A DNA stretch of 64,000 nt, from NCBI GenBank assembly GCA_963763775.1, contig CAVXPZ010000001.1, positions 768,001-832,000 on the forward strand, read 5' to 3'. Source of the DNA: an uncultured Chloroflexia bacterium (GTDB taxonomy: Bacteria > Chloroflexota > Limnocylindria > Limnocylindrales > CSP1-4). Made by a program: the position numbers and the translations under genes. The notes under the pieces were generated by a model that made no database searches, had not been told where the DNA came from, and saw only the letters and a list, made by a program, of their open reading frames with translations. Of this stretch, positions 11,541-20,428 are shown one piece after another (the first letter of the stretch is position 1; every line of letters starts with the position of its first letter).

Positions 11541-12836
11541 ATGGCCGATGTCCCCGACGATGGCGCGACGCGACCCCGCCGCATCCTGAGCGCGACGCTC
11601 GTGAGTGTCGGGAGTGAGCTCACGGTCGGCGACACGCGCGATACCAACTCCGGCGAGCTCGCGAGGGCCTTGACGGCGCGCGGCGTGGCGATCCGCCGGA
11701 TCACGGCCTTGCCCGACCACCTTGGCGACGTCCGCGACGCGTTCGTCGACGGGCTGGCCCGCGCGGACCTCGTGATCTCGACCGGCGGGCTCGGCCCGAC
11801 GCCCGACGACCTGACGCGTGAGGCCATCGCCGCGGCGTGCGGCGAGACGCCGACCGTCGACCCTTCCCTGGAAGCCTGGCTCCGGGACATCTGGCGGCGG
11901 CGCGACCTGCCGTTCCCGGAGATCAACCTCAAGCAGGCATGGCGCATCCCCGCCGCGGAGGCGCTCCCGAACCCGAACGGGACCGCTCCCGGGTGGTTCG
12001 TCCGGCGCCCGGACGGCCGGGTGATCGTCGCACTGCCCGGTCCGCCGCGGGAGATGCGGCCGATGTGGTCCGAGCACGTGCTGCCGCGCCTCGAGGCGAT
12101 GGGGCTGGGGGCCGAGACCGCCACACGCACGTACCGGCTGTCGGGGATCGGCGAGTCCCAGGTCGCGGATCTCCTCGGCGACGCCTTCCTCCGCCGCACG
12201 AACCCCGTCGTCGCGACGTATGCCCGGGCGGAGGCCGTCGACGTGCGGATCTCGGCAGTGCGCGACGAGTCGGCCGCGGCCGAAGACCTGGTCGAGGCGG
12301 CTGCGACGACCGTGCTCGACGCCCTCGGCTCGTTCGTCTGGGCGACCGGCGAGACGACATGGTCGCAGGCGATCGGCGCGCGGCTGGAGTCGCTCGGCTG
12401 GACGCTCTCGATCGTGGAGATCGGCACGGCCGGGCAGGTGGCCGCCCTGCTCGGGGACGTGCCGTGGCTCCGCTTCGACGAGACGCTCGCCGCGGGTTCG
12501 CCGGCCGCGACCGTGCACGGGGCCACGGGCGCGACGAGCCTCGACGATCCGGAGAGCGAAGCCGCCCTCGAGGCCTTCGCACGCCGCGGCCGTGACCTGG
12601 GAGGGAGCGAGGTCGGCGTCGCCGTCCGGGCGATGCCCCGGACCGGCGACACGGTGGTCTCGGTGGCCGTGGTGACCCCGACCTCGACCAGCCATCAGCG
12701 GAGGCTCGTCTTCCTGGACGGCGCCAACGGTCGGACGCGTTCCGCGCTGACGACCGCGATGATCCTGTTCGAGGTGCTCGGGACCGGCGGGATCCCGGCC
12801 GACGGCCCGTCCGAGGGCCCGACAGGGGCGACCTAG
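11541..12836 (+). CDS. cinA: CinA-family protein (molybdopterin-binding-like N-domain, degenerate PncC C-domain)
   Basis: VSVGSELTVGDTRDTNS, STGGLGPTPDDLTRE, PNPNGTAPG, LPGPPREM, GIGESQV. Confidence 0.88.
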   Translation: MADVPDDGATRPRRILSATLVSVGSELTVGDTRDTNSGELARALTARGVAIRRITALPDHLGDVRDAFVDGLARADLVISTGGLGPTPDDLTREAIAAACGETPTVDPSLEAWLRDIWRRRDLPFPEINLKQAWRIPAAEALPNPNGTAPGWFVRRPDGRVIVALPGPPREMRPMWSEHVLPRLEAMGLGAETATRTYRLSGIGESQVADLLGDAFLRRTNPVVATYARAEAVDVRISAVRDESAAAEDLVEAAATTVLDALGSFVWATGETTWSQAIGARLESLGWTLSIVEIGTAGQVAALLGDVPWLRFDETLAAGSPAATVHGATGATSLDDPESEAALEAFARRGRDLGGSEVGVAVRAMPRTGDTVVSVAVVTPTSTSHQRRLVFLDGANGRTRSALTTAMILFEVLGTGGIPADGPSEGPTGAT

Positions 12837-13528
12837 CGGCGGGAGGCCCGGGCGAGGCCGTCGATGTCGGTGACCACGATCGCGTCGCGCTCGAGGCGCA
12901 GGTAGCCGTCGCTGGTGAACTGGCCGAGCAGCTTGTTCACGCTCTGCCGCGTGCTGCCCACCATCGCGGCGAGGTCGCCTTGCGTGAGCGAGGTGCGAAG
13001 GCGGATGGCGCCGTCGTCGAGGGCCGTCCCGCCGTCGGCCATGCGGACGAGGCAGGCCGCGAGGCGCCCGGTGATGTCGAGGAAGTGCAGCTCCTCGACC
13101 TGCGTCGTCAGCCGCCGGAGCTCGCCGGCCAATGAGGCGAGCAGCGCGTCGCGGACGACCGGCTCCTCGGCGATGAGCTCACGGAACCTCGCCCGGGGGA
13201 GGACGACCGCCTCCACGACCCCGAGGGCGGTCGCCGTGGCGGAGCGGGGCGCGCCGTCGAGGAGCGCGAGCTCGCCGAAGACGTCCCCTTGCTGGAGACG
13301 CACGAGGATGGCCTCGTCGCCGCTCTCGGACGGGAGGGAGATCTTCACCTCGCCGGCCACGATGATGAAGAGCGCGTCCCCCGGGTCGCCAAGGTGGAAG
13401 ATCACCTCGCCACGCCGGAAGCGGCGGCTCCGCATGCCGGCCGCGACGCGTTCGAGGGCGTCCGCGCCGAGTCCCGAGAAGAACGGGATCGACGCGAGGG
13501 ATTCGGCGAGACGATGGTCGACGGACAT
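12833..13528 (-). CDS. Crp/Fnr-family transcriptional regulator (cNMP-binding)
   Basis: GEVIFHLGDPGD, phosphate-binding cassette FGELALLDGAPRSATA, HTH LTQGDLAAMVGSTRQSVNKLL. Confidence 0.93.
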   Translation of the reverse strand: MSVDHRLAESLASIPFFSGLGADALERVAAGMRSRRFRRGEVIFHLGDPGDALFIIVAGEVKISLPSESGDEAILVRLQQGDVFGELALLDGAPRSATATALGVVEAVVLPRARFRELIAEEPVVRDALLASLAGELRRLTTQVEELHFLDITGRLAACLVRMADGGTALDDGAIRLRTSLTQGDLAAMVGSTRQSVNKLLGQFTSDGYLRLERDAIVVTDIDGLARASRR

Positions 13529-13642
13529 CGCCGCCCATCCTAGCCGCTCGACCCGGCTCGAACGATGCTGTCCGCGGGCCGACAGGCTCCACGTCGGTCC
13601 GGCGTCGCCAGGCACCCATCGTCCCGAGTAGGATGGGCGGCC

Positions 13643-14497
13643 ATGACCCCTCCGACGTCCGCCGGACGCCTGCGACTGACCGTGCTCGGCTGCAGCACGG
13701 CGGCCCCGCACGAGGACTGGCCGGCCGCCGGGTTCCTCGTGGACTGGGGCGGGACGACCATCATGCTCGACGCGGGACAAGGGACCATCCGACGCCTCCA
13801 GCGGCTGATGGACCCCACGCACCTCGACGCCCTGGTGGTCGGACACATGCACGCCGACCACTACCTCGATGTCGTCGGCCTGCGCTATCTCTTCCCCTGG
13901 GGCGAGGCCGCGCCTCGAGCCTTGCCCGTCCACCTGCCACCGGGTGGACGAACCCGACTCGATGCGCTCGCCACGGCCATCTCGGAGCGTGAGCGGTTCT
14001 TCGATGCCGCCTTCGACGCCGTCGAGTACGACCCGGAGCGCCCGCTCGCCATCGGGCCGCTCACGATCCGGTTCGTCCGCGGTCGCCACTACGTGCCCGC
14101 CTGGGGGGTCGTCATCGAGGCACCCGACGGCAGCCGGCTCGCGTACACCGGCGATACCGGCCCGAGCGACTCGGTGGTCGAGGCGATGCGTGATGCGGAT
14201 CTGCTGCTCATCGAGGCCGCCCTCCGCCTGCCGAGCCACGACGATCCCGAGCGCGGCCACCTCACCGCCGAGGAGGCGATCGACATGGCGACGCGCTCCG
14301 GCGCCCGGTCCGCCCTGCTCGTGCACTACGCCCCGGCTCGACGGCACGAGTTCGAGACCCTGTGCCAGGCGGCGGGCCCGTGGATCAAGCCGGCCGTCGC
14401 CGGCCTCACGGTCACGGTCAGCCGGCCGGCGATCGACGACCGGGCGGCCTACGAGGCGCGGACCCCCTCGAGCGCGGCCGCAGCCCGCGAGCGGTAG
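13643..14497 (+). CDS. MBL-fold metallohydrolase, RNase Z-like / Rv1339-CpdA-like putative cyclic-nucleotide phosphodiesterase
   Basis: LTVLGCS, LDAGQG, HMHADH, YTGDTG, GHLTAEEA, LLVH. Confidence 0.82.
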   Translation: MTPPTSAGRLRLTVLGCSTAAPHEDWPAAGFLVDWGGTTIMLDAGQGTIRRLQRLMDPTHLDALVVGHMHADHYLDVVGLRYLFPWGEAAPRALPVHLPPGGRTRLDALATAISERERFFDAAFDAVEYDPERPLAIGPLTIRFVRGRHYVPAWGVVIEAPDGSRLAYTGDTGPSDSVVEAMRDADLLLIEAALRLPSHDDPERGHLTAEEAIDMATRSGARSALLVHYAPARRHEFETLCQAAGPWIKPAVAGLTVTVSRPAIDDRAAYEARTPSSAAAARER

Positions 14498-16545
14498 TCC
14501 GCCGCCGTCACCGGGTCCCCGGACAGCTCCGCGGCCGTGCGCCAGAACGCGGCCGCCTCCGACGCGGCCCCCATGGCCAGCGCGGCCGCGCCTGCCTCGT
14601 CCAGCAGGGGGATCGCCCGCGCCGAGTCCCCGGATGCCGCGCGGTGGACCGCGATGAGGGTGATCTTGGTCGGGTCCCCGGATGCCTCGAGCTGGTCCGC
14701 GAGCGCGGCATGGAGCTGCCGTCGGCGCGACGTGAGCAGGCCCGCGTAGGCCGCATCGTGGATGAGCGGGTGCCCGAACCGCCAGCCGTCGTCGTCCCCG
14801 GGCAGGATCAACCCGGCGTCCACGAGGCGGTCGATCGTCCCGGCGTCGATCGCGGCGCCCATGAGCCCTTCGACCGACGTCTCGCTGAAGGCCATGCCGA
14901 CGACCGACGCGACGCCGATGGTCGTACGGGCGTCGGGCGGCAGCGCGTCGATCCGGGCGCCGAGCACGGCCCGGAGCGTCAACGGCACCGTGGTGATGGG
15001 GACGTCCGCGAGCGTCACGCGGCCGTCGTGCCAGGCGAGCGTGCCGTCGTCCAGATACGCGAGGACGGTTTCCGTGACGAACAACGGATTGCCCGCCGTG
15101 CGCTCGTGGATCCGGCGGGCGTCGTCGGCATCGACCGCGGCGCGCGCGACCTCCGTCGCGAGTTGCGCGGTCTCGGGCATCGCCAGCCCGCCGAGGCTGA
15201 TCCGTTCGACCCACGGCAGGTCGGCCCAGTACGGGGCGGGGCCGGGGCGCATCCCCGCGAGCACGACCAGTGGTCGCCGCGCGGTCCGGTCGACGAGGAT
15301 CTCGACGAGCCCGACACTCGAGGGATCCATCCAGTGCAGGTCGTCGATGACCACGACCCGTGGTCCGGCCGTCTCCGCGATCCGGTCGATGTAGCGGCCG
15401 GCGACCTCGATGAGGGCCACGATCACCGCGCTCGGGTCCGCCGGGGTGTGGAACGCCTCCGCCTCCCAGCCGCTGAAGGCGGCATCGCGGGCGATCGCCG
15501 CCACCGCACCGCCGAATCGACGTGCATCCTCTTCGCTGGTGTCGGGCGTGAACAGCATCTGTCGGGCGAAGCTGCCCGAGTCCATCTCGTGCTCGTCGGC
15601 CACGATCTGGGCGAACAAGCGGGCGAACCGGTACGGCTCCGACTGGCCGTACGACGTGTTCTCGGTCCACGTCCAGCCGAACCCGCGCTGGCGCACGTCG
15701 GCCTCGACCTCGGCGAGCAGTCGGGTCTTCCCGATCCCGGCTTCGCCCACCACCAGGATGACCCCGCCCGTCCCGCTGTCGGCGAGGCGGTCGAGCATCG
15801 CCCCGATCCGGTCGAGTTCCGCGGCCCGGCCGATGAGGCGTCCCGGCGACCGCGGTCGAGGCAGGCCGTACCCGCCGAGGCCCAGCTCGCCCCCGAGGGC
15901 GTGGATCGCGACCGCCTCGGACTGGCCGCGCAGGACGACGGAGCCGCGGTCGGCGACCACGAGTCGTCCACGGGCCGCCGACAGCGTCGCCGCGTCGAGG
16001 AGGATCTCGCCGGGCCGCGCCAGCGACTGGATGCGCGCGGCCGTCGTGATCGCCCCGCCGGTCAACGCGAGGTCGTCAGGCGTCGATGTCGACCGCCGGG
16101 TGGTGACGACCTCGCCGGTCGCGATGCCGATCCGGACCTCGAGGGGCTCGCCGTCGTCGTGGATGTCCGCCAGGGCCGAGCGGATCCCGAGCCCGGCGAG
16201 GGCGGCGCGGATGGCATCGTCGTCGTGGGCCTGCGGCCACCCGAACACGGCGAAGACCGCGTCGCCGATGAACTTCTCGCGGGTGCCCCCGAACCGCTCG
16301 ATGACGTCGGCCATCGCGCTGAGGGCGACTCGGACGCGCTGCCGGACATCCTCCGGGTCGTGCTCGGCCACCATCCGCACATACCCGACGAGGTCGGCGA
16401 ACAGCGCGGTGACGACCCGCCGGTCGCCGGCCTCGCCCGGGTCAGCCGCGGCACGCCCCGTCCCCGCGGCCGGGACCGGGGATCCGCAGCGGTCGCAGAA
16501 TCGCGCACCGTTCGCGGCATCGGCGCCGCAGGCGTCGCATCGCAT
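14449..16545 (-). CDS. Class III adenylate/guanylate cyclase with N-terminal double zinc ribbon and AAA-ATPase domain
   Basis: CDACG..FCDRCG, VTALFADLVGY, EKFIGDAVFAVFG, RIGIATGEV, TAARIQ, Walker A GEAGIGKT, VIDDLHWMD, GNPLF, FGHPLIHDAAY. Confidence 0.92.
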   Translation of the reverse strand: MRCDACGADAANGARFCDRCGSPVPAAGTGRAAADPGEAGDRRVVTALFADLVGYVRMVAEHDPEDVRQRVRVALSAMADVIERFGGTREKFIGDAVFAVFGWPQAHDDDAIRAALAGLGIRSALADIHDDGEPLEVRIGIATGEVVTTRRSTSTPDDLALTGGAITTAARIQSLARPGEILLDAATLSAARGRLVVADRGSVVLRGQSEAVAIHALGGELGLGGYGLPRPRSPGRLIGRAAELDRIGAMLDRLADSGTGGVILVVGEAGIGKTRLLAEVEADVRQRGFGWTWTENTSYGQSEPYRFARLFAQIVADEHEMDSGSFARQMLFTPDTSEEDARRFGGAVAAIARDAAFSGWEAEAFHTPADPSAVIVALIEVAGRYIDRIAETAGPRVVVIDDLHWMDPSSVGLVEILVDRTARRPLVVLAGMRPGPAPYWADLPWVERISLGGLAMPETAQLATEVARAAVDADDARRIHERTAGNPLFVTETVLAYLDDGTLAWHDGRVTLADVPITTVPLTLRAVLGARIDALPPDARTTIGVASVVGMAFSETSVEGLMGAAIDAGTIDRLVDAGLILPGDDDGWRFGHPLIHDAAYAGLLTSRRRQLHAALADQLEASGDPTKITLIAVHRAASGDSARAIPLLDEAGAAALAMGAASEAAAFWRTAAELSGDPVTAADYRSRAAAALEGVRAS

Positions 16546-16590
16546 CGCGGGGCTGGGCAACCTCCGTCTGTCGCACGCTCGGTGCGCGAC

Positions 16591-16617
16591 AGTCTAGGTC
16601 CCGCCGGCGAGTGTCAA
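16591..16617 (-). promoter_or_regulatory. Putative sigma70 promoter of the cyclase gene
   Basis: TTGACA-N15-TAGACT on the minus strand; spacer is shorter than ideal. Confidence 0.45.
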
Positions 16618-16646
16618 GCGGCCGTCCCGGGGACGGCCGGGCGTGG

Positions 16647-17726
16647 TCAGGAAACGGTGAGGATCGGGCGGTCGGCCGCCTGGGCGGCGCGGACGCTCAT
16701 GCGGGCCGCGACCGCACCGGCGACCGCGGTCAGGGCGCGCGCGGCCGGACCGGGCTCGCGCTGCGCGACCGCCGGGACGCCGACGTCGCCACCCTGGCGG
16801 ACCGTGATGTCGAGCGGGACCCCGCCCAGGAACTCGATCCCGTGCTCCGCGGCGAACCGCTCGCCGCCACCGCGGCCGAAGATCTCGGTCAGCTCGCCGC
16901 AGTGCGGGCACGCGAACGCCGTCATGTTCTCCACGAGCCCGAGGACCGGGACGCTCATCCGCTTGAACATCGCGAGCGCCTTGGCGACGTCCGAGAGGGC
17001 GACCTCCTGGGGCGTCGTCACCAGCACCGCTCCCGAGATCGGCACAGCCTGCGCGAGCGTGAGCTGCGCGTCGGAGGTGCCGGGCGGGAGGTCGATGACC
17101 AGGTAGTCGAGCTCGCCCCAGTCGACATCGCGGAGGAACTGCTGGATGGCCCCGCCGATGAGCGGACCGCGCCACACGATCGGCTGGCCCTCCGGGACGA
17201 AGAACTGGATCGAGATCGTCTTGACGCCGTGCCGCTCGAGCGGGGCGATCTTGTTCGCCTCGGTCGCCTTCGGCTGCCCGTCGATGCCCATCATCATCGG
17301 GATGTTCGGACCCGTGATGTCCGCATCGAGGAGGCCGACCGAGGCGCCCGCCTGCGCGAGGGCGACCGCGAGGTTGACGCTGACGGTGCTCTTCCCGACG
17401 CCACCCTTGCCCGAGGCCACGGCCAGGACGTTCTTGACCCCCGGCAGCAGCTGCTCCGCCTGGCGCGGCTGCGCCCGCCGGACCATCGCGCCCCACGTGA
17501 TGTCGATCCGTTCCGCGCCGATCCCGCCGAGGACGGCCCGCGCGTTGCCCTCGATCTCATCCTTGAGCGGGCAGGCGGGCGTCGTCAGCTCGATGGTGAA
17601 GGCGATGGCGGTGCCGTCGATGGCCACGTCCTTGACCATGTCGAGGGTGACGATGTCGCGTCCGAGCTCGGGCTCCTGGACGGCGCGGAGCGCCTCGATG
17701 ACGTCGTGCTCGGTGAGGGTGGGCAT
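16647..17726 (-). CDS. mrp: Mrp/NBP35 (ApbC) Fe-S cluster carrier ATPase
   Basis: N-terminal DUF59 (LTTPACP), SGKGGVGKST, DADITGP, WRGP, DLPPGTSD, VENM..CPHC. Confidence 0.95.
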   Translation of the reverse strand: MPTLTEHDVIEALRAVQEPELGRDIVTLDMVKDVAIDGTAIAFTIELTTPACPLKDEIEGNARAVLGGIGAERIDITWGAMVRRAQPRQAEQLLPGVKNVLAVASGKGGVGKSTVSVNLAVALAQAGASVGLLDADITGPNIPMMMGIDGQPKATEANKIAPLERHGVKTISIQFFVPEGQPIVWRGPLIGGAIQQFLRDVDWGELDYLVIDLPPGTSDAQLTLAQAVPISGAVLVTTPQEVALSDVAKALAMFKRMSVPVLGLVENMTAFACPHCGELTEIFGRGGGERFAAEHGIEFLGGVPLDITVRQGGDVGVPAVAQREPGPAARALTAVAGAVAARMSVRAAQAADRPILTVS

Positions 17727-17891
17727 CGGTGGTGGGTCCCTTCGCGGCGTGGTCGTGGGCCGTTCTGACGGTCGAAGCGTCGATATCCTACCGCGCCGCC
17801 CGGAACCGGCCCGCGAAGGCCCGCTGTCGGCCGCCCGACGGCGGCCGACCAGGCCGACGCCGACCCACGAACTTCGTCGCACCCGACCGCT

Positions 17892-17966
17892 GATTCGTAC
17901 GAATCTCGCAGAACGTGCGCGGCGACGCGCGTTCGATTGACACGCTGCCACGCGCAACCCTATCCT
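17892..17966 (+). promoter_or_regulatory. Sigma70 promoter of the polyamine ABC operon with upstream palindrome
   Basis: TTGACA (17937-17942)-N18-TATCCT (17961-17966); perfect palindrome GATTCGTACGAATC at 17892-17905. Confidence 0.65.
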
Positions 17967-18002
17967 CGCGCCCATCCGACCCCCCTAGGAGTGCCTGCGA
18001 CC

Positions 18003-20423
18003 GTGCCCACCGTGGACGTCCGGCTCGTCGACGTGGTCAAGAAGTACGGCGAGAACTATGCCGTCGACCACATCAACCTCGAAGTCCAGACGGGGGAGTT
18101 CTTCAGCCTCCTCGGACCGTCCGGCTGCGGCAAGACCACCACCCTGCGGATGATCGGCGGGTTCGAGGCGCCCACCTCCGGCCTGATCGAGCTCAAGGGC
18201 GAGGACGTCACGTGGCTGCCGCCGTACAAGCGCCACGTCAACACCGTCTTCCAGAACTACGCGCTGTTCCCGCACCTGACCGTGTACGAGAACGTGGCCT
18301 TCGGCCTTCGGCGCTCCAAGGTGCCCGATGCCGACGTCAAGTCGCGCGTCACCGAGATGCTCAAGCTCGTCGAGCTCCCCGGGTTCGAGGGTCGCAAGCC
18401 GACGCAGATCTCCGGTGGGCAGGCGCAGCGCGTCGCCCTGGCGCGGGCGCTCATCAACCGGCCGTCGGTCCTGCTCCTTGACGAACCGCTCGGTGCCCTC
18501 GACCTCAAGCTGCGCAAGCAGATGCAGGTCGAGCTCAAGCGCATCCAGCAGGAAGTGGGGATCACGTTCATCTTCGTGACCCACGACCAGGAAGAAGCGA
18601 TGACGATGTCGGATCGCATCGCGGTGATGAACCACGGCAAGTACGAGCAGCTGGCCGATCCCGCCAGCCTGTACGAGCGGCCGCGGACGCGGTTCGTCGC
18701 CGGGTTCCTGGGCGTGAGCAACCTCCTGCCGACGACGTCCCAGGGCACCGACGGTGCGTATTCGGTGGCGAGCCTGGCGGACGGGTCGACGATCCGCGTC
18801 CCGACCACGCTCACCGAGGGCTTCGACCAGTACGAGATCGGCGTCCGCCCCGAGAAGATCCGCCTGCGCGAGCTGACCGACGCCGTGCCAGACGGCCAGA
18901 ACCAGATGACCGGCACCGTCGTCGACGCCTCGTACCTCGGCGTCTCGACGAGCTACATCGTCGAGACCAAGGCCGGTGGCCGCGTCACGGTCTACGAGCA
19001 GAACGTCGAGCGCGCCACGCGCGCCGAGCTGTGGACCCCGGGCGAGGATGTCCGTCTCACCTGGTCGCCCGACCACACCTTCGCCGTCCAGGCGGGCGGC
19101 ACGCCGCCGCCACAGGACCCGGGGATCCCCCTCGTCGCGGGTGACGACGGCGGCGTCCCGGTGCCGCCACCCGCCCCCGGCGTCTCGCGGCGCAAGTTCC
19201 TCATCGGCGGCGCCATCGCGGTCGCGGCCGTCGGGCTCGGCGCCTTCCTCGCCTCCACGTCGGGCGGCGGCGCGCCCGCGGCATCCGAGAGTGCGGCCGC
19301 CGGCGCCTCCTCGGCGCCGCCGGAACCGTCGGTCCCGGCCTCGGCCGGCGCCTCGGCCATCGCGTCCGAGGTCCCGCCCCCGAACCCGACCGGCCCGCTC
19401 CAGTGGGCGAACTGGATCGGCTATATCGACATCGACGAGGCCACCGGCACACACCCGACGATCGAGAAGTTCACCAAGGAGACGGGGATCCAGGTCAACT
19501 ACGTCGAGTCGATCGACGGCAACGAGGAGTTCTTCACCAGCAACCTCAAGGACCCGCTCCAGGCGGGGCTGCCGACGGCCTGGGACCTCATCGTCATGAC
19601 CGACTGGATGATCGACCGGTTGGTGCGGCTCGGCTGGCTCGAGGCGCTCGACCGCGACGCCATGCCGAACTTCGTCGCGAACCTCCTGCCGCTCTACGTC
19701 GGCCGCTCGTTCGACCCGGACACGCATTTCGCGGCGCCGTGGCAGTCCGGGATGACCGGGCTGGGGTTCAACCTCAAGAAGACCGGGCCGCAGGACTCGC
19801 TCGAAGTGCTCTTCTCCGACCAGTTCGCAAAGAAGCTCACGTATCTCACGGAGATGCGCGACACGGTCGGCCTGTCGGCCCTCCGCCTCGGCGTCGACCC
19901 CGCGACGATCACCGCCGACCAGTTCGCGGCGGCTCTCGCCGAGGTCGACAAGGCCGTCAAGGCCGGGTACGTCCGACAGGTCGAGGGCAACTCCTACGTC
20001 AACACCATGGCGTCGGGTGATGCGGTCATGGCCATGGCCTGGTCTGGCGACGTCCTGACCCTGCTCGTCCCGGACCAGACGAAGGACCAGGACTTCCAAT
20101 GGGTGCTCGCCAAGGAAGGCGGGATGCTCTGGACCGACAACATGGCCGTGCCGAAGGGCTCGCCGAACAAGGTCCTCGCCCAGAAGTGGATCGACTTCTA
20201 CTACGACCCGATCAATGCGGCGACGATCGAGGCGTACGTCAACTACGTGTGCCCGGTCAAGGGCGCCCGCGACGTGATGCTGACGATCGACCCTGACCTG
20301 GCGAACAACCCGCTCATCTTCCCGCCGCCCGACTACGTCGCCCGGCTCCACCAGTTCCGCTCGACCACGGCCGAGGAAGAGCAGGCGTGGAGCGAGGCGT
20401 TCACGAAGGTCATGGGGCTCTAG
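18003..20423 (+). CDS. potA: Fused spermidine/putrescine ABC transporter ATPase (PotA-like) and substrate-binding protein (PotD-like), with internal Tat-like motif
   Basis: GPSGCGKTT, VFQNYALFPH, ISGGQAQRVALARAL, LLLDEP, TOBE domain; then SRRKFL + hydrophobic helix; then WANWIGYID, PWQSGMTG, AWSGD, EGGMLWTDNMAVP; one uninterrupted ORF. Confidence 0.92.
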   Translation: MPTVDVRLVDVVKKYGENYAVDHINLEVQTGEFFSLLGPSGCGKTTTLRMIGGFEAPTSGLIELKGEDVTWLPPYKRHVNTVFQNYALFPHLTVYENVAFGLRRSKVPDADVKSRVTEMLKLVELPGFEGRKPTQISGGQAQRVALARALINRPSVLLLDEPLGALDLKLRKQMQVELKRIQQEVGITFIFVTHDQEEAMTMSDRIAVMNHGKYEQLADPASLYERPRTRFVAGFLGVSNLLPTTSQGTDGAYSVASLADGSTIRVPTTLTEGFDQYEIGVRPEKIRLRELTDAVPDGQNQMTGTVVDASYLGVSTSYIVETKAGGRVTVYEQNVERATRAELWTPGEDVRLTWSPDHTFAVQAGGTPPPQDPGIPLVAGDDGGVPVPPPAPGVSRRKFLIGGAIAVAAVGLGAFLASTSGGGAPAASESAAAGASSAPPEPSVPASAGASAIASEVPPPNPTGPLQWANWIGYIDIDEATGTHPTIEKFTKETGIQVNYVESIDGNEEFFTSNLKDPLQAGLPTAWDLIVMTDWMIDRLVRLGWLEALDRDAMPNFVANLLPLYVGRSFDPDTHFAAPWQSGMTGLGFNLKKTGPQDSLEVLFSDQFAKKLTYLTEMRDTVGLSALRLGVDPATITADQFAAALAEVDKAVKAGYVRQVEGNSYVNTMASGDAVMAMAWSGDVLTLLVPDQTKDQDFQWVLAKEGGMLWTDNMAVPKGSPNKVLAQKWIDFYYDPINAATIEAYVNYVCPVKGARDVMLTIDPDLANNPLIFPPPDYVARLHQFRSTTAEEEQAWSEAFTKVMGL

Positions 20424-20428
20424 CCACC

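Noticed and set aside
12833-15670. 945-aa ORF ending in the CRP domain
   Set aside because: Only the last 231 codons are CRP; the rest overlaps the PDE antisense and the cyclase out of frame
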